DNA of 32,000 nucleotides from Cereibacter sphaeroides 2.4.1 (GCF_000012905.2 NC_007493.2:1050001-1082000); one strand, 5' to 3'; positions 8,796 through 18,233 are shown, counted from the stretch's first letter. Translations and numbers: made by a program. The notes: generated by a model not told the origin, from the letters alone.

Positions 8796-10664
8796 TCACT
8801 CGGCCGCTTCGGGGTCGAGGGGGATCTGTCCGGCCTCCTCCAGCATCGCCGTTTCGAGATCGTCATCGAGCTGGCGGGCGCGGGCCACATAGGCCTCGTT
8901 CAGATGGGCGGGCTGGCCCGGCACCCAGAGCTCGGCCAGATCGCGCATGGCGGCGCGGTCCACCCGGTAATAGGTGCGCGACCGCTGGGCCGCCTCATAT
9001 TCGCTGAAGCCCATGTTCTCGAGCACATAGCGCCCCGCCCGGATCGAGCTGTCGAAGGTCTCGCGCACGATGTCGTCGGCGCCCGCCTGATAGAGCTCGT
9101 AGACATGCACCCGGTCGCGCGCGCGGGAGACGATATGCAGGTCGGGCCGCACCTGCCGGGCGTAGCGCACGATCTTGATCGCATTCTCGCGGTCGTCGAC
9201 CGCCACGACCAGCACCGTGGCCTCGGCCAGCCCCGCCGCCTGCAGAAGCTCGGGCCGGGTCGGATCGCCGAAGAAGCCCTTCACGCCGAAGCGGCGCATG
9301 ATCTGCACCGCCGCCATGTCGTGATCGAGCACGACGGTCTCGATCCCGCTCATCCGCACCAGCCGGTTCACCACCTGCCCGAAGCGGCCGATCCCCGCGA
9401 TGATGACGCGCCCCTTCTCGTCGATCGCATCCGCCCCGAGGGCAGGGGCCTCCTCGCCCAGCCGCGTGAGCCAGCTGGCCACGAGGAACAGGACAGGCGT
9501 CACCAGCATCGAGAGGCTGATGACGATCAGCGCCTTCTGGGCAAGAAGCGCGGGCAGGATCGTCTCCTGCGCGGCGAAGGCCACCAGCACGAAGCCGAAC
9601 TCGCCCGCCTGCGCGAGGCCGAGCGTCAGCAGCCAGCGGTCGCGCCCTGTGAGGCCGAAGGTCTGGGCGAGCGCGGCCAGCACCAGCACCTTGAGGCCCA
9701 CCAGCGCCAGCGTGAAGCCCGCGAGCGTCCAGGGATCGGCCGCCAGCAGGCGGAAGTCGATCCCCATGCCCACCGCCATGAAGAAGAGGCCGAGCAGGAT
9801 CCCCTTGTAGGGCCGGATGTCGGCCTCGAGCTGGTGGCGGAACTCGGAGTTGGCGAGCACGACACCCGCGAGGAAGGCGCCGAGCGCCGGCGAAAGACCC
9901 ACCACCATCGTGAGGAAGGCCGTCCCCATCACGGTGAAGAGGGCGATGAAACTCCCCATTTCCGGCAGGCGCGAGGCATGGACATAGCGGAACACCGGCC
10001 GGGTCAGGAAGTGGCCGCCCAGCACGATGAAGCCCACCACGCCCAGCATCACCAGCGTGTCGGCCCAGCCCGGCAGCGATTGCAGCAGGCCGATGATCGG
10101 CATGGCGGGGCCCTCCGTCGCATCGTGCGCCGAATGCGCGCCCGCGCCCGGCCTGAGCGCGATCAGCGGCACCAGCGCCAGCATCGGCACCACCGCGATG
10201 TCCTGCGCCAGAAGCACCGCAAAGGCGCTGCGGCCTCCGGTCGTGCGCAGCATCCGCCGCTCGGTCATGGTCTGCAGCACGATGGCCGTCGAGGAGAGGG
10301 CGGCGACCATCCCGAGCACCGCCGCCTCGGGCCAGGGAAAGCCCAGCCAGAACAGACCCAGCGCCGCGGCGAGGCTCGTCAGCACGATCTGCAACCCGCC
10401 GAGCCCCACGAGCGACCGGCGCATGGCCCAGAGCGCCGCGGGCTCGAGCTCGAGGCCCACGAGAAACAGCATCAGCACCACGCCGAACTCGGCATAGTGG
10501 CGCAGATCCTCTGTCTCGGCCCCCGCCAGTCCCAGCACGGGGCCCATGACGATGCCGGCGGCGAGATAGCCAAGGACCGACCCCAGCCCCGCGCGCACGG
10601 CGAGCGGCACGATGAGCAGCGCCGCGCCGAGATAGATGCTTGCCTGCAGAAGAAGGCTTTCCAT
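8796..10664 (-). CDS. CPA2-family monovalent cation:proton antiporter, KefB/KefC-like glutathione-gated K+ efflux protein with a C-terminal RCK/TrkA-N domain
   Basis: The N-terminus is MESLLLQASIYLGAALLIVPLAVRAGLGSVLGYLAAG, followed by about 12 hydrophobic segments. A Rossmann motif IIAGIGRFGQVV is present. I prefer the ATG at 10664 to the upstream start at 10724. Confidence 0.85.
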   Translation of the reverse strand: MESLLLQASIYLGAALLIVPLAVRAGLGSVLGYLAAGIVMGPVLGLAGAETEDLRHYAEFGVVLMLFLVGLELEPAALWAMRRSLVGLGGLQIVLTSLAAALGLFWLGFPWPEAAVLGMVAALSSTAIVLQTMTERRMLRTTGGRSAFAVLLAQDIAVVPMLALVPLIALRPGAGAHSAHDATEGPAMPIIGLLQSLPGWADTLVMLGVVGFIVLGGHFLTRPVFRYVHASRLPEMGSFIALFTVMGTAFLTMVVGLSPALGAFLAGVVLANSEFRHQLEADIRPYKGILLGLFFMAVGMGIDFRLLAADPWTLAGFTLALVGLKVLVLAALAQTFGLTGRDRWLLTLGLAQAGEFGFVLVAFAAQETILPALLAQKALIVISLSMLVTPVLFLVASWLTRLGEEAPALGADAIDEKGRVIIAGIGRFGQVVNRLVRMSGIETVVLDHDMAAVQIMRRFGVKGFFGDPTRPELLQAAGLAEATVLVVAVDDRENAIKIVRYARQVRPDLHIVSRARDRVHVYELYQAGADDIVRETFDSSIRAGRYVLENMGFSEYEAAQRSRTYYRVDRAAMRDLAELWVPGQPAHLNEAYVARARQLDDDLETAMLEEAGQIPLDPEAAE

Positions 10665-10838
10665 GCCGCGCTGCCCGTGCTGCCCCAGTGTCAAGCTATC
10701 GCTTGCGCTGCGGGACCTGTCCATCCTCCAGCGCAGGCCATGCTGTCGCGCAGGGCCGGACGGCGGCTCACCGCCGCGCGGTCACGCTCTGGGGCGGCCT
10801 CGCGCAGCAGAGCTGCGGCCGGGGTCTTTGCGCGTGGC

Positions 10839-13715
10839 TCAGCCCTTCGGCATGGACAGGGCGAAGATCCGGCTGCCCTTCTGGTAGCGCAGCTCGCTGG
10901 CGGTGATCGCCGCGACCACGCCGCCGTCGATCCGGTCTCCCACGCGCACCTTGACGTAGCGGCCGTTCGACTGGCGCACCAGCGCGTAGCGGTTCGAGGA
11001 GGAGCCGTAGACGCCGATCAGGTTGGTCTTCGACAGGTTGATGGCATTCGCGAAGGTCGCATTCTGCGCCACGTTGGCCCGCGTCGGGATGCGCGGCGCG
11101 ACCGAGACCTCGGGCTCGTCCTCCTCCTCGGGCGAGGGGGCGCGGACGGCGGGAGCGACCTGCTTCGGCGGCGCAACGGCGGCCACCACGACCGGCGTCC
11201 GCGGCTCCTGCACGGCCGCGGCGACCGCGGCCTCGATGGCGTTCGAGAAGTCGCTCGGACGGGCTTCGGGCTTGCGCGAGACGGCGATGGCGAGCGGGCT
11301 GATCGCTCCGTTCGAGGTGGCGATGGCCTCGGGGGCGCCGTCCGGCCGCGGCGCGGGGCTGGTGGCCATGGCGATGGTGGCGGCCTGCGCAGGAGGCTCC
11401 TCGGGCGAGGCGTCGCTCGGCCGGGCACGGGGCCGCAGGCCGCTCATGCGCGTGTCGGCTTCCGGCTCGGGCGCGGCCTCGGGGGTCGCGGCGGCGCTGT
11501 CTTCGGGACGGTCCGGCCGCACCTTGGGCCGGTGGCCCTGCAGGGCGGGTTCCGCGGCGGGCGCCTCGGCGCTGGCCGATCCGGGGAAGATCGACCCGGG
11601 CGCGGCCGGCGCAGGGTCGGCCGCGGCCTCTTCCGGTTCCTCGGCAGCCGGCCTGCGCGGCGGCAGGATCGGCGGCTTGCCCGCAATGAGAAGGAATTCG
11701 CCCGGCGCCAGCACGCCTTCGGCGCTCGGCCGGATCAGCCCGTTCTCGTCGAGCTCGTAGCTCGCGCCGAAGGGGGGCGGGGGCAGCGGCAGGCCGGGCG
11801 CCGCATCGAGCGCAATCTCGGGCGGCGGCGCCGCGACCGCATCGAGCGACGGAGGCGGCGTGTCCATCGTGGTGAGAAAGATCTCGTCCTGCGGCGTGTC
11901 CGCGGGCAGCGCCGGATCGGTCGCGCCCGAGGCCACCTGCGGCGCCTCGGACGCCGGTGCGGTGGCGCTCGATGCCGCTTCCGGTACGTCCGGCGCCGGT
12001 GCGGCAGCGGTGCGGGCGGGCTCGTCGGGCGTCTCTGCCTCCACCTCGGCAGGCGCCTCTGCGGCCGCCTCCGGCTCGACGGCGGCCGTTTCCTCCTCGT
12101 CCGCCGGTGCGGCATCCGGCAGCCTCTCGGCCACGGCCAGAGCGGTTTCGGCCTGAGAGTCGCCCGAGGCCACGAAGTAGGACGAGACCGCCGCCACGGC
12201 CGCGAGGACGAGAAGCAGCACGAGGGTCAGGATCAGTCCGAGAAAGCGCGGCTTGCCCCGCGAGGGCGTGGGCCGTCCGCCGAGCCCGCTGAAGGGCACG
12301 TCCTTGCGGGCGGGCGCTTCAAGCTTCGGGGACCGGGCAGCAGCCTTCGGCGGTGCGCCCGGAAGGGCGGATCCGTTCGGCAAAGGCTGCGCCTTGAGGC
12401 GCCCGTTCGGCTGGGCGGGCCCCTGCGGCGGCATCGCCGAGCGGGCCACGCGCACGCGCACCCCCTGTTCGGCCACCTGCGCCGGAGGACGGACAGGCTT
12501 TTCCTCGGCGGCGAGGCGCGCCTTCGCCTCGACCCGGCGGCTCGCGAAGGCGCCGGGCGGCATGTCCGGCACATCGTCGTCGGCGAGCTCCACATAGGGC
12601 GCTTCGGGAATATCGGCGCGGGCCGCCGGCGCAGGCTCAGGTTCGGGCTCCGGCGCAAAGGGCGGCAGCTCGCGCGCATGGGGGATCGGGCGCTCGACGG
12701 CCCGAACCAGCGGCGGCGGCACGAGAAATTCCTCGCGCGGCTCCTCCGGCTCCTCGGTCTCCTCCTCCGGTCCGGGCAGGGGGAGGGCCGCCTCGTCGGG
12801 CGTCAGCGAGGCCAGCACGGCGGGATCGGGAGCGGGCTGCCACGCCTCTTCCTCTTCGGACCCGGCCTCTTCCCCGACCGGCTCGGTCAGGGTCTGCACG
12901 GGTTCGGGCTCCGTGACCGGCGAAGGCTCCGGCTCGACCGGATCCGCGCGCTCCGGTGCGAAGCGGGGCTCCTCGTCGGGCTCCGGCTCGGTCGGGAGCG
13001 CCTCCGCCGGTTCCGGCTCGGCCAGCATCGGCTCCGCTTCGGCCTCTGCAAGCGCTTCACGCGCCGCATCTTCCTGCGAGACCTCGTCGGACAAAGCCGC
13101 CTCCAGCGGCGGCTCCTCGGCGAGCGGTGCCTCGACTTCATCGGGCAGGTCCGCCACCGCAACCGGGGCTGCGAGGATCCGAATCGGCTCCAGATCGCGC
13201 TCGACCTTCACGCCTTTCGGCAGTCGCCGCTGCGCCGCCGAGATGATCCCGAAGGCGGGCTCGCGCGGGAAGTCGCCCGCCTCGGGCAGCGCCACGAAGG
13301 CCACCGGGTTGAACCCATGCTGTTCGGCGAAATTCTCGGCCTCGTCGAGCGTCTCGCGCGCCACGACCGCGAGCCGCACATCCGCGCCCTCCGGCTCGAA
13401 ATCGTACACCAGATCCTTGACCTCGTAGGGCGTCAGCCCCTCGAGCCCTTCGCGGATCTGCGCCCTGCGGCTGGTCTTGTCCGGCCCCGGCGCCGCGAGG
13501 GTCATGTAGAGGATCTGCGACCGCGGGATCACGACCTTGGTGGTGACACCCTCGTCCCCCGCCAGAGCTTCGGCCCCGGCGCGCAGCGCGGCCAGCGCCG
13601 CCTCGGTGTCATCGGCATCGAACGGCACCGACCCCAGTTCGTCCCATCCGTCCGGCATCCGCCGAAGCAGACTCGCGGCCTCAGGAGTCAGGTTGAGGGC
13701 AAATCTCGGTTTCAT
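10839..13715 (-). CDS. Large (958 aa) bitopic Pro/Ala/Glu-rich protein of unknown function, with a folded N-terminal cytoplasmic domain, one TM segment and a small C-terminal beta-rich domain
   Basis: The ATG at 13715 opens a long uninterrupted ORF. A single hydrophobic segment FLGLILTLVLLLVLAAVAAVSSYFV covers residues 491-515 (12171-12245). EP/AP-rich low complexity lies on both sides of it. The conserved-looking ends are residues 1-160 and 885-958. No family assignment is possible by eye. Confidence 0.7.
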   Translation of the reverse strand: MKPRFALNLTPEAASLLRRMPDGWDELGSVPFDADDTEAALAALRAGAEALAGDEGVTTKVVIPRSQILYMTLAAPGPDKTSRRAQIREGLEGLTPYEVKDLVYDFEPEGADVRLAVVARETLDEAENFAEQHGFNPVAFVALPEAGDFPREPAFGIISAAQRRLPKGVKVERDLEPIRILAAPVAVADLPDEVEAPLAEEPPLEAALSDEVSQEDAAREALAEAEAEPMLAEPEPAEALPTEPEPDEEPRFAPERADPVEPEPSPVTEPEPVQTLTEPVGEEAGSEEEEAWQPAPDPAVLASLTPDEAALPLPGPEEETEEPEEPREEFLVPPPLVRAVERPIPHARELPPFAPEPEPEPAPAARADIPEAPYVELADDDVPDMPPGAFASRRVEAKARLAAEEKPVRPPAQVAEQGVRVRVARSAMPPQGPAQPNGRLKAQPLPNGSALPGAPPKAAARSPKLEAPARKDVPFSGLGGRPTPSRGKPRFLGLILTLVLLLVLAAVAAVSSYFVASGDSQAETALAVAERLPDAAPADEEETAAVEPEAAAEAPAEVEAETPDEPARTAAAPAPDVPEAASSATAPASEAPQVASGATDPALPADTPQDEIFLTTMDTPPPSLDAVAAPPPEIALDAAPGLPLPPPPFGASYELDENGLIRPSAEGVLAPGEFLLIAGKPPILPPRRPAAEEPEEAAADPAPAAPGSIFPGSASAEAPAAEPALQGHRPKVRPDRPEDSAAATPEAAPEPEADTRMSGLRPRARPSDASPEEPPAQAATIAMATSPAPRPDGAPEAIATSNGAISPLAIAVSRKPEARPSDFSNAIEAAVAAAVQEPRTPVVVAAVAPPKQVAPAVRAPSPEEEDEPEVSVAPRIPTRANVAQNATFANAINLSKTNLIGVYGSSSNRYALVRQSNGRYVKVRVGDRIDGGVVAAITASELRYQKGSRIFALSMPKG

Positions 13716-13878
13716 TTCGCGGGTCTAGCACATCTGGCGGCACACCGGGGAGTCCGGGTCTCGGCGTCCCCGGTGTTACAGCAGCTTTTCGCCGAATGAA
13801 AGAAAAAGACCCAAGGATCGGCTTGCTGGCTGCGTCATGAGAGGCGAACGCTATTCACTCCAAGGAGGAACTTCACAG

Positions 13879-14571
13879 ATGAATATTGCCAAGGTCCTGA
13901 TGCTCTGCACCGCTCTCGTCCTGCCGGGACATGTCCTCGCGGACACGCCGCGCCTGACCGTGACGGGGGAAGGCGCGGTGGCCGGTCGTCCCGACATGGC
14001 CACGATCACGCTCGGTGTGACGACCGAGGCCGCCACCGCGGCGGAGGCGATGGCCGGCAACAGCGAGAAGCTGGGGCGGGTGCTGCAGCGGCTGAAGGAG
14101 GCCGGGCTCGAGGACCGCGACCTGCAGACCTCGGGCCTGTCCCTGAACCCGAACTGGACCCAGAGCCCGGAGGGCGAGGCGCCGCGTATCGCGGGCTATG
14201 TCGCCTCGAACATGCTGACGGTGCGGGTGCGGGCGCTGGATCGGCTCGGGGCGGTGCTCGATCAGGCGGTGCAGGATGGCGCCAACACGCTTCAGGGCGT
14301 GAGCTTCGGGCTCGTGGATCCCCAACCGGCCATGGACGAGGCCCGGCGCAAGGCAGTGGCCAGGGCCCAGGCGCGGGCGCAGCTTCTGACCGAAGCGGCG
14401 GGCGTGCAGCTTGGCCCGATCCTCGAGATCCGCGAGGGCGGCGACGGCTATCGGCCGCCGATGCCGATGTATCGCGAGGCGGCCATGGACGCGCCGGTGC
14501 CGATGGCCGAGGGCGAGATCGAGACGACCGCGCAGGTGACGCTGGTCTACGAGCTGAAACAACAGCAGTGA
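13879..14571 (+). CDS. SIMPL-domain (DUF541, BP26/Omp28-like) periplasmic protein
   Basis: AAGGAGG lies 10 nt upstream of the ATG at 13879. A signal peptide MNIAKVLMLCTALVLPGHVLA is present. TVTGEGAVAGRPDMATITLGV and the C-terminal GEIETTAQVTLVYEL are typical of SIMPL proteins. Confidence 0.8.
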   Translation: MNIAKVLMLCTALVLPGHVLADTPRLTVTGEGAVAGRPDMATITLGVTTEAATAAEAMAGNSEKLGRVLQRLKEAGLEDRDLQTSGLSLNPNWTQSPEGEAPRIAGYVASNMLTVRVRALDRLGAVLDQAVQDGANTLQGVSFGLVDPQPAMDEARRKAVARAQARAQLLTEAAGVQLGPILEIREGGDGYRPPMPMYREAAMDAPVPMAEGEIETTAQVTLVYELKQQQ

Positions 14572-14577
14572 CAAAGT

Positions 14578-14609
14578 CTTCGGAGGCGATCTTCGGATCG
14601 CCTCCGAAG
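14578..14609. terminator. Bidirectional terminator hairpin between the SIMPL gene and metY
   Basis: A perfect 14-bp stem CTTCGGAGGCGATC/GATCGCCTCCGAAG encloses the loop TTCG. It sits in the 45-nt gap between two convergent genes. The T-tracts are weak. Confidence 0.6.
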
Positions 14610-14616
14610 GTGGCCG

Positions 14617-15909
14617 TCAGGCCGTCGCCTTGGCGAGGGCCTGATCCAGGTCCGCGATCAGATCGTCGGCATCCTCGATTCCGATCGAGATGCGCACGAC
14701 ATTCGGCGCTGCGCCGGCCGCCACCTGCTGCTCGGGCGTGAGCTGGCGATGGGTGGTGGAGGCCGAGTGGATCACAAGCGACCGTGTATCGCCGAGGTTG
14801 GCGACATGGCTGAACAGCTGCAGCGCATCGACGAGCGCCACGCACGCGTCGTAGCCGCCCTTGACCGCGAAGGTAAAGAGCGCTCCGGCCCCCTTCGGGC
14901 AGATCCGCGCGACGCGGCCGTGCCAGGGCGAGGAGGGCAATCCTGCGTAGCTCACGAATTCCACCCGCGGGTCCTGCTCCAGCCAGGCGGCCACCTTCTG
15001 CGCGTTCTCGACATGCCGGGCCATGCGCAGGCTGAGGGTCTCGATCCCCATCAGCGTGTAATGCGCCCCCTGCGGGTTCATGGTCATGCCGAGATCGCGC
15101 AGGCCCACAGCGATGGAGTGGAACGTGTAGGCCATTGGCCCCAGCGCCTTGTGGAAGACGAGGCCATGGTAGGCCGGCTCGGGCTGCGACAGGCTCGGGA
15201 ACTTGTCCGACGCCGACCAGTCGAACTTGCCCGAGTCCACGATCACGCCGCCGGTCACTGTGCCATTGCCGGTCAGGTATTTCGTTGCGGAATGAACGAC
15301 GAGCGTCGCGCCATGCTCGATGGGGCGGCAGAGCCAGGGCGTGGCAGTGGTGTTGTCCACGATGAGCGGCAGGCCCATCCTGTCCGCGATGGCCGAGACC
15401 GCATCGAGATCCGTGATGACGCCGCCGGGGTTGGCAATGGTCTCGCAGAAGAGGGCGCGCGTATCCGAGTCGATCGCGGCCTCGATGGCGGCGGGATCGT
15501 CGAAGTCCACGAACTTGGCCGACCAGCCGAACCGCCTGATCGTCTGCGAGAATTGTGTGATCGTGCCGCCGTAGAGACGTGTCGAGGCCACGATGTTGCG
15601 GCCGGGTGCCATCAGCGGGAAGAGCGCCATGATCTGCGCGGCATGCCCCGAGGAGCAGCAGACGGCGCCCGCGCCTCCCTCCAGCGCGGCCACCCTCTCG
15701 GCCAGAGCCATGACCGTCGGGTTGGTAAGGCGCGAGTAGATATAGCCCACCTCTTCCAGATTGAAGAGACGTGCCGCGTGCTCGGCGTCGCGGAACACAT
15801 AGGCGGTCGTCTGGTAGATCGGCACCTGCCGGGCGCCCGTCGCCGGATCCGGCTTGGCCCCGGCGTGGATCTGCAGCGTGTCGAAGCCGAGTTTGCGGTC
15901 TGAGCTCAT
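14617..15909 (-). CDS. metY: O-acetylhomoserine sulfhydrylase (aminocarboxypropyltransferase), PLP-dependent
   Basis: The N-terminus FDTLQIHAGAKPDPATGARQVPIYQTTAYVF and the PLP-lysine motif HSATKYLTGNG are present. The protein is 430 aa. Confidence 0.88.
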   Translation of the reverse strand: MSSDRKLGFDTLQIHAGAKPDPATGARQVPIYQTTAYVFRDAEHAARLFNLEEVGYIYSRLTNPTVMALAERVAALEGGAGAVCCSSGHAAQIMALFPLMAPGRNIVASTRLYGGTITQFSQTIRRFGWSAKFVDFDDPAAIEAAIDSDTRALFCETIANPGGVITDLDAVSAIADRMGLPLIVDNTTATPWLCRPIEHGATLVVHSATKYLTGNGTVTGGVIVDSGKFDWSASDKFPSLSQPEPAYHGLVFHKALGPMAYTFHSIAVGLRDLGMTMNPQGAHYTLMGIETLSLRMARHVENAQKVAAWLEQDPRVEFVSYAGLPSSPWHGRVARICPKGAGALFTFAVKGGYDACVALVDALQLFSHVANLGDTRSLVIHSASTTHRQLTPEQQVAAGAAPNVVRISIGIEDADDLIADLDQALAKATA

Positions 15910-16151
15910 CGGTCACCCCCCGTTGAATTGCTGCGCGCGACCCTAGGGGAAAGGCCGGAGCGGCACAACGGCTGGCGAGGATCGTGAGAGCGCAGCACCT
16001 GCGCTTCTGCGTCGGGACGTTCGGAACATCGCAGCGACGGTGCAGGGTGAGCAGGTCCCCGTTGTGACTGAACGAGAAAGGGCGAGAGCCTCGATCGGGC
16101 AGGAGCGCACGGTGAGGGGACGCCCGCCGCTCCGGCATGACAGGGAACATG

Positions 16152-16499
16152 TCAGAAGAAGTCGGCGCTTCCACTTTCGACCCTCTCGCATTCCTGGCCG
16201 GCGAGGGCAGTGGCTAGGCTTCTCTGGCGAACTGCGGCCACCGCATCGTGAATGTTGACCATGGGCTCCATGCCCATGTCCTGTCCCAGACGGCCGACAT
16301 AGGCGGTCAGTCCGGCCAGAGACTGAACCAGATCGTCGAGGCTCTGAAGGATCTCTCCGCCGCCCAGGCGCCCTCCGGCGGCCGCGATGTCGTGTCCCAC
16401 GGCCTCCTCGATCTCGCCACTCATGGCGGCGAGCCTGTCGAGCTGCACCGCCAGCCGTTCGAGAACGACCCGCAGAGGCGTTGTCTGCGGACCGCTCAT
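16152..16499 (-). CDS. Small (115 aa) helical protein ending the chemotaxis operon; positionally like S. meliloti orf10/cheT
   Basis: The ATG overlaps the stop of the preceding cheY (ATGA at 16496-16499). The sequence is helix-prone and contains the motif EILQSLDDLVQSLAGL. No family can be assigned by eye. Confidence 0.55.
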   Translation of the reverse strand: MSGPQTTPLRVVLERLAVQLDRLAAMSGEIEEAVGHDIAAAGGRLGGGEILQSLDDLVQSLAGLTAYVGRLGQDMGMEPMVNIHDAVAAVRQRSLATALAGQECERVESGSADFF

Positions 16500-16885
16500 A
16501 GAGCGCCTACGACAGCTTGGATGGCCTTGCGCATCCCGTCGGTGGTGAAGGGCTTCTTGATGAAGTTGTTCATACCGAGAGACTGGCCCTTTTCGATGAT
16601 ATCACGCGTGGCGGTACCGCTGACGAGGATGAAACCCATCCGCTGCGTGGTTTTGTTCTCGCGGATCCCCTTGAGCAGGCCCAACCCGTCGAGACCAGGC
16701 ATATTGTAGTCGGAAATCACCAGATGCACCGGATTGGCCGCAAGCTGCCGCAGGGCCGAGGCGCCGTCCTTGCAGAAGTCGATCTTCTTGATCCCCAATT
16801 CCTCCAATGCCTGAATGATCAGACCCCGGCTGGTCGACATGTCATCGACCACCATGATCCTAATGCTGTCCCTGAGTGCCACCAA
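16496..16885 (-). CDS. cheY: CheY-type single-domain response regulator (third CheY of the cluster)
   Basis: Receiver signature residues are present: VVDDMS, VISDYNMP, ILVSGTA and IKKPF. The start is TTG at 16885 or GTG at 16882, which overlaps the cheR 3' end. The ATG at 16855 would remove strand beta-1. Confidence 0.85.
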   Translation of the reverse strand: MVALRDSIRIMVVDDMSTSRGLIIQALEELGIKKIDFCKDGASALRQLAANPVHLVISDYNMPGLDGLGLLKGIRENKTTQRMGFILVSGTATRDIIEKGQSLGMNNFIKKPFTTDGMRKAIQAVVGAL

Positions 16886-17777
16886 AGATCTCCTTTCCTG
16901 GTCCGCCCGTCGGCGGGGGTGCGCGCAGGCGGAATGATGTCATGCCAACAGTTTCGAATTGGTGTCTGACCTCGTGCGAAAGCCGCTCGGAATGGCCGAT
17001 GAAGAGATGGCCTCCCGGAGCGAGCGTGCTCGCGAAGCCCCGCCAGATGCGGTTCTGAGTGTCGGGGTCGAAGTAGATCGCGACGTTCCGACAGAATATC
17101 ACATCGAAAGGTCTGGTCACCGGCCAGGGCTTCACCAGGTTCAGCGGCTTGAAAGTCACGAGGGCGCGCAGATCCGCCGACACCTCCCTTCGACCGTCGC
17201 GGTCGGGCGGCCCGAAGTGATGTGCCAGAATCGCATCCGGCAGAGCGGCAAGGCTCGAGGCTGCAAACCAGCCCGCTTGCGCCCTTCCCAGGATCTTGCG
17301 GTCGATATCGGTGGCAAGGATCTTGATATCATAGTGGCCGGCGTCCGGGCAGAGCTCCAGCAACGTGATCGCCATGCTGAAGGGCTCCTCTCCCGACGAA
17401 CAGCCCGCGGACCAGAACCGGACCCGTGCGCCATGTCGCGCCGCGTCCAGCAGGGGCGGCAGCACGCGTTCTGAAAGGAGTTCGAAATGATGTTCTTCGC
17501 GGAAAAAGCGGGTCGTATTGGTGGTCATGCTCGAGATGAACATCGAGCGCTCGTCGCGGCCTTCAGGTCTCGAGATCAGGTCGATATAGGCCGTGAAGCT
17601 CGTCAGGGACAGTTGACGGAGCCGCTTGGCAAGCCGGGCGTAAACCAGCGGCTCCTTGGCGTCAGGCATCGTGAGCCCCGCCTCGGCATGGGCCAGTTGC
17701 GCAATTCGCTGGAAGTCTTCCTGCGAAAGCTGCGGGTCACGGACTGCAGTCGGGGGATGTCGCGGCCAGTATTTCAC
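16860..17777 (-). CDS. cheR: Chemotaxis protein methyltransferase CheR
   Basis: The SAM-binding region is [18 protein letters not shown], followed by [13 protein letters not shown]. The GTG start at 17777 overlaps the cheW stop (GTGA). Confidence 0.9.
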   Translation of the reverse strand: MKYWPRHPPTAVRDPQLSQEDFQRIAQLAHAEAGLTMPDAKEPLVYARLAKRLRQLSLTSFTAYIDLISRPEGRDERSMFISSMTTNTTRFFREEHHFELLSERVLPPLLDAARHGARVRFWSAGCSSGEEPFSMAITLLELCPDAGHYDIKILATDIDRKILGRAQAGWFAASSLAALPDAILAHHFGPPDRDGRREVSADLRALVTFKPLNLVKPWPVTRPFDVIFCRNVAIYFDPDTQNRIWRGFASTLAPGGHLFIGHSERLSHEVRHQFETVGMTSFRLRAPPPTGGPGKEIFGGTQGQH

Positions 17778-18232
17778 ATCATCCGCCTGACGTTCGGCAG
17801 CACTCCGATCAGATCGAGCAGCCGCAGCATCCGCTGGTCCAACGTGATCACGCCTCGCACGAAGGACAAGGTGGTTTCGGAGGCAATCTTCGGCATTGGC
17901 TGGACGGAGGAGGGAGGCAGCGTCAAGATGTCGGAGACAGCATCGACAAGCAGTCCCACGACCTGACCCTCGACCACGGTGATGATGATGACGTGGCGGG
18001 CCTCGGGCTCGAGGGATCCGAGTCCCAGCCGTTCCGCAAGATTGATGATCGGCACCACCGAGCCTCGCAGATTGATCACTCCGATGATATAGGAGGGCGC
18101 GTGAGGCAGAATGGTCGTCGGCGTCCAGCTGCGGATCTCGCGGACGGCGCGGATGTCAATGCAGAATTCCTGGCTTCCGATTCGGAAAGCCACGACTTCT
18201 CGCAGGTCGTCGTCCAGGCTCACGGCCGCCAT
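17774..18232 (-). CDS. cheW: Chemotaxis coupling protein CheW
   Basis: The 152-aa sequence has [20 protein letters not shown] and [13 protein letters not shown], typical of the CheW fold. The ATG lies 1 nt after the cheA stop. Confidence 0.9.
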   Translation of the reverse strand: MAAVSLDDDLREVVAFRIGSQEFCIDIRAVREIRSWTPTTILPHAPSYIIGVINLRGSVVPIINLAERLGLGSLEPEARHVIIITVVEGQVVGLLVDAVSDILTLPPSSVQPMPKIASETTLSFVRGVITLDQRMLRLLDLIGVLPNVRRMM

Positions 18233-18233
18233 C

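Noticed and set aside
8556-13799. A 1747-aa plus-strand ORF spanning the antiporter and the 958-aa gene
   Set aside because: It is antisense to a membrane antiporter with an obvious TM pattern and RCK domain. Its composition is dominated by R, G, H and P with no recognisable motif. It is a GC-rich antisense artefact.
15910-16151. A possible SAM riboswitch or other leader element in the 242-nt region upstream of metY
   Set aside because: I read the minus-strand leader and found no SAM-II/SAM-V-like core (no AAAGC/UUGC pseudoknot elements). There is only a short AGCGCAG-N3-CTGCGCT hairpin (about 15985-16003). The region must also hold the che-operon terminator and the metY promoter. A covariance-model scan (Rfam/Infernal) would be needed to claim anything.
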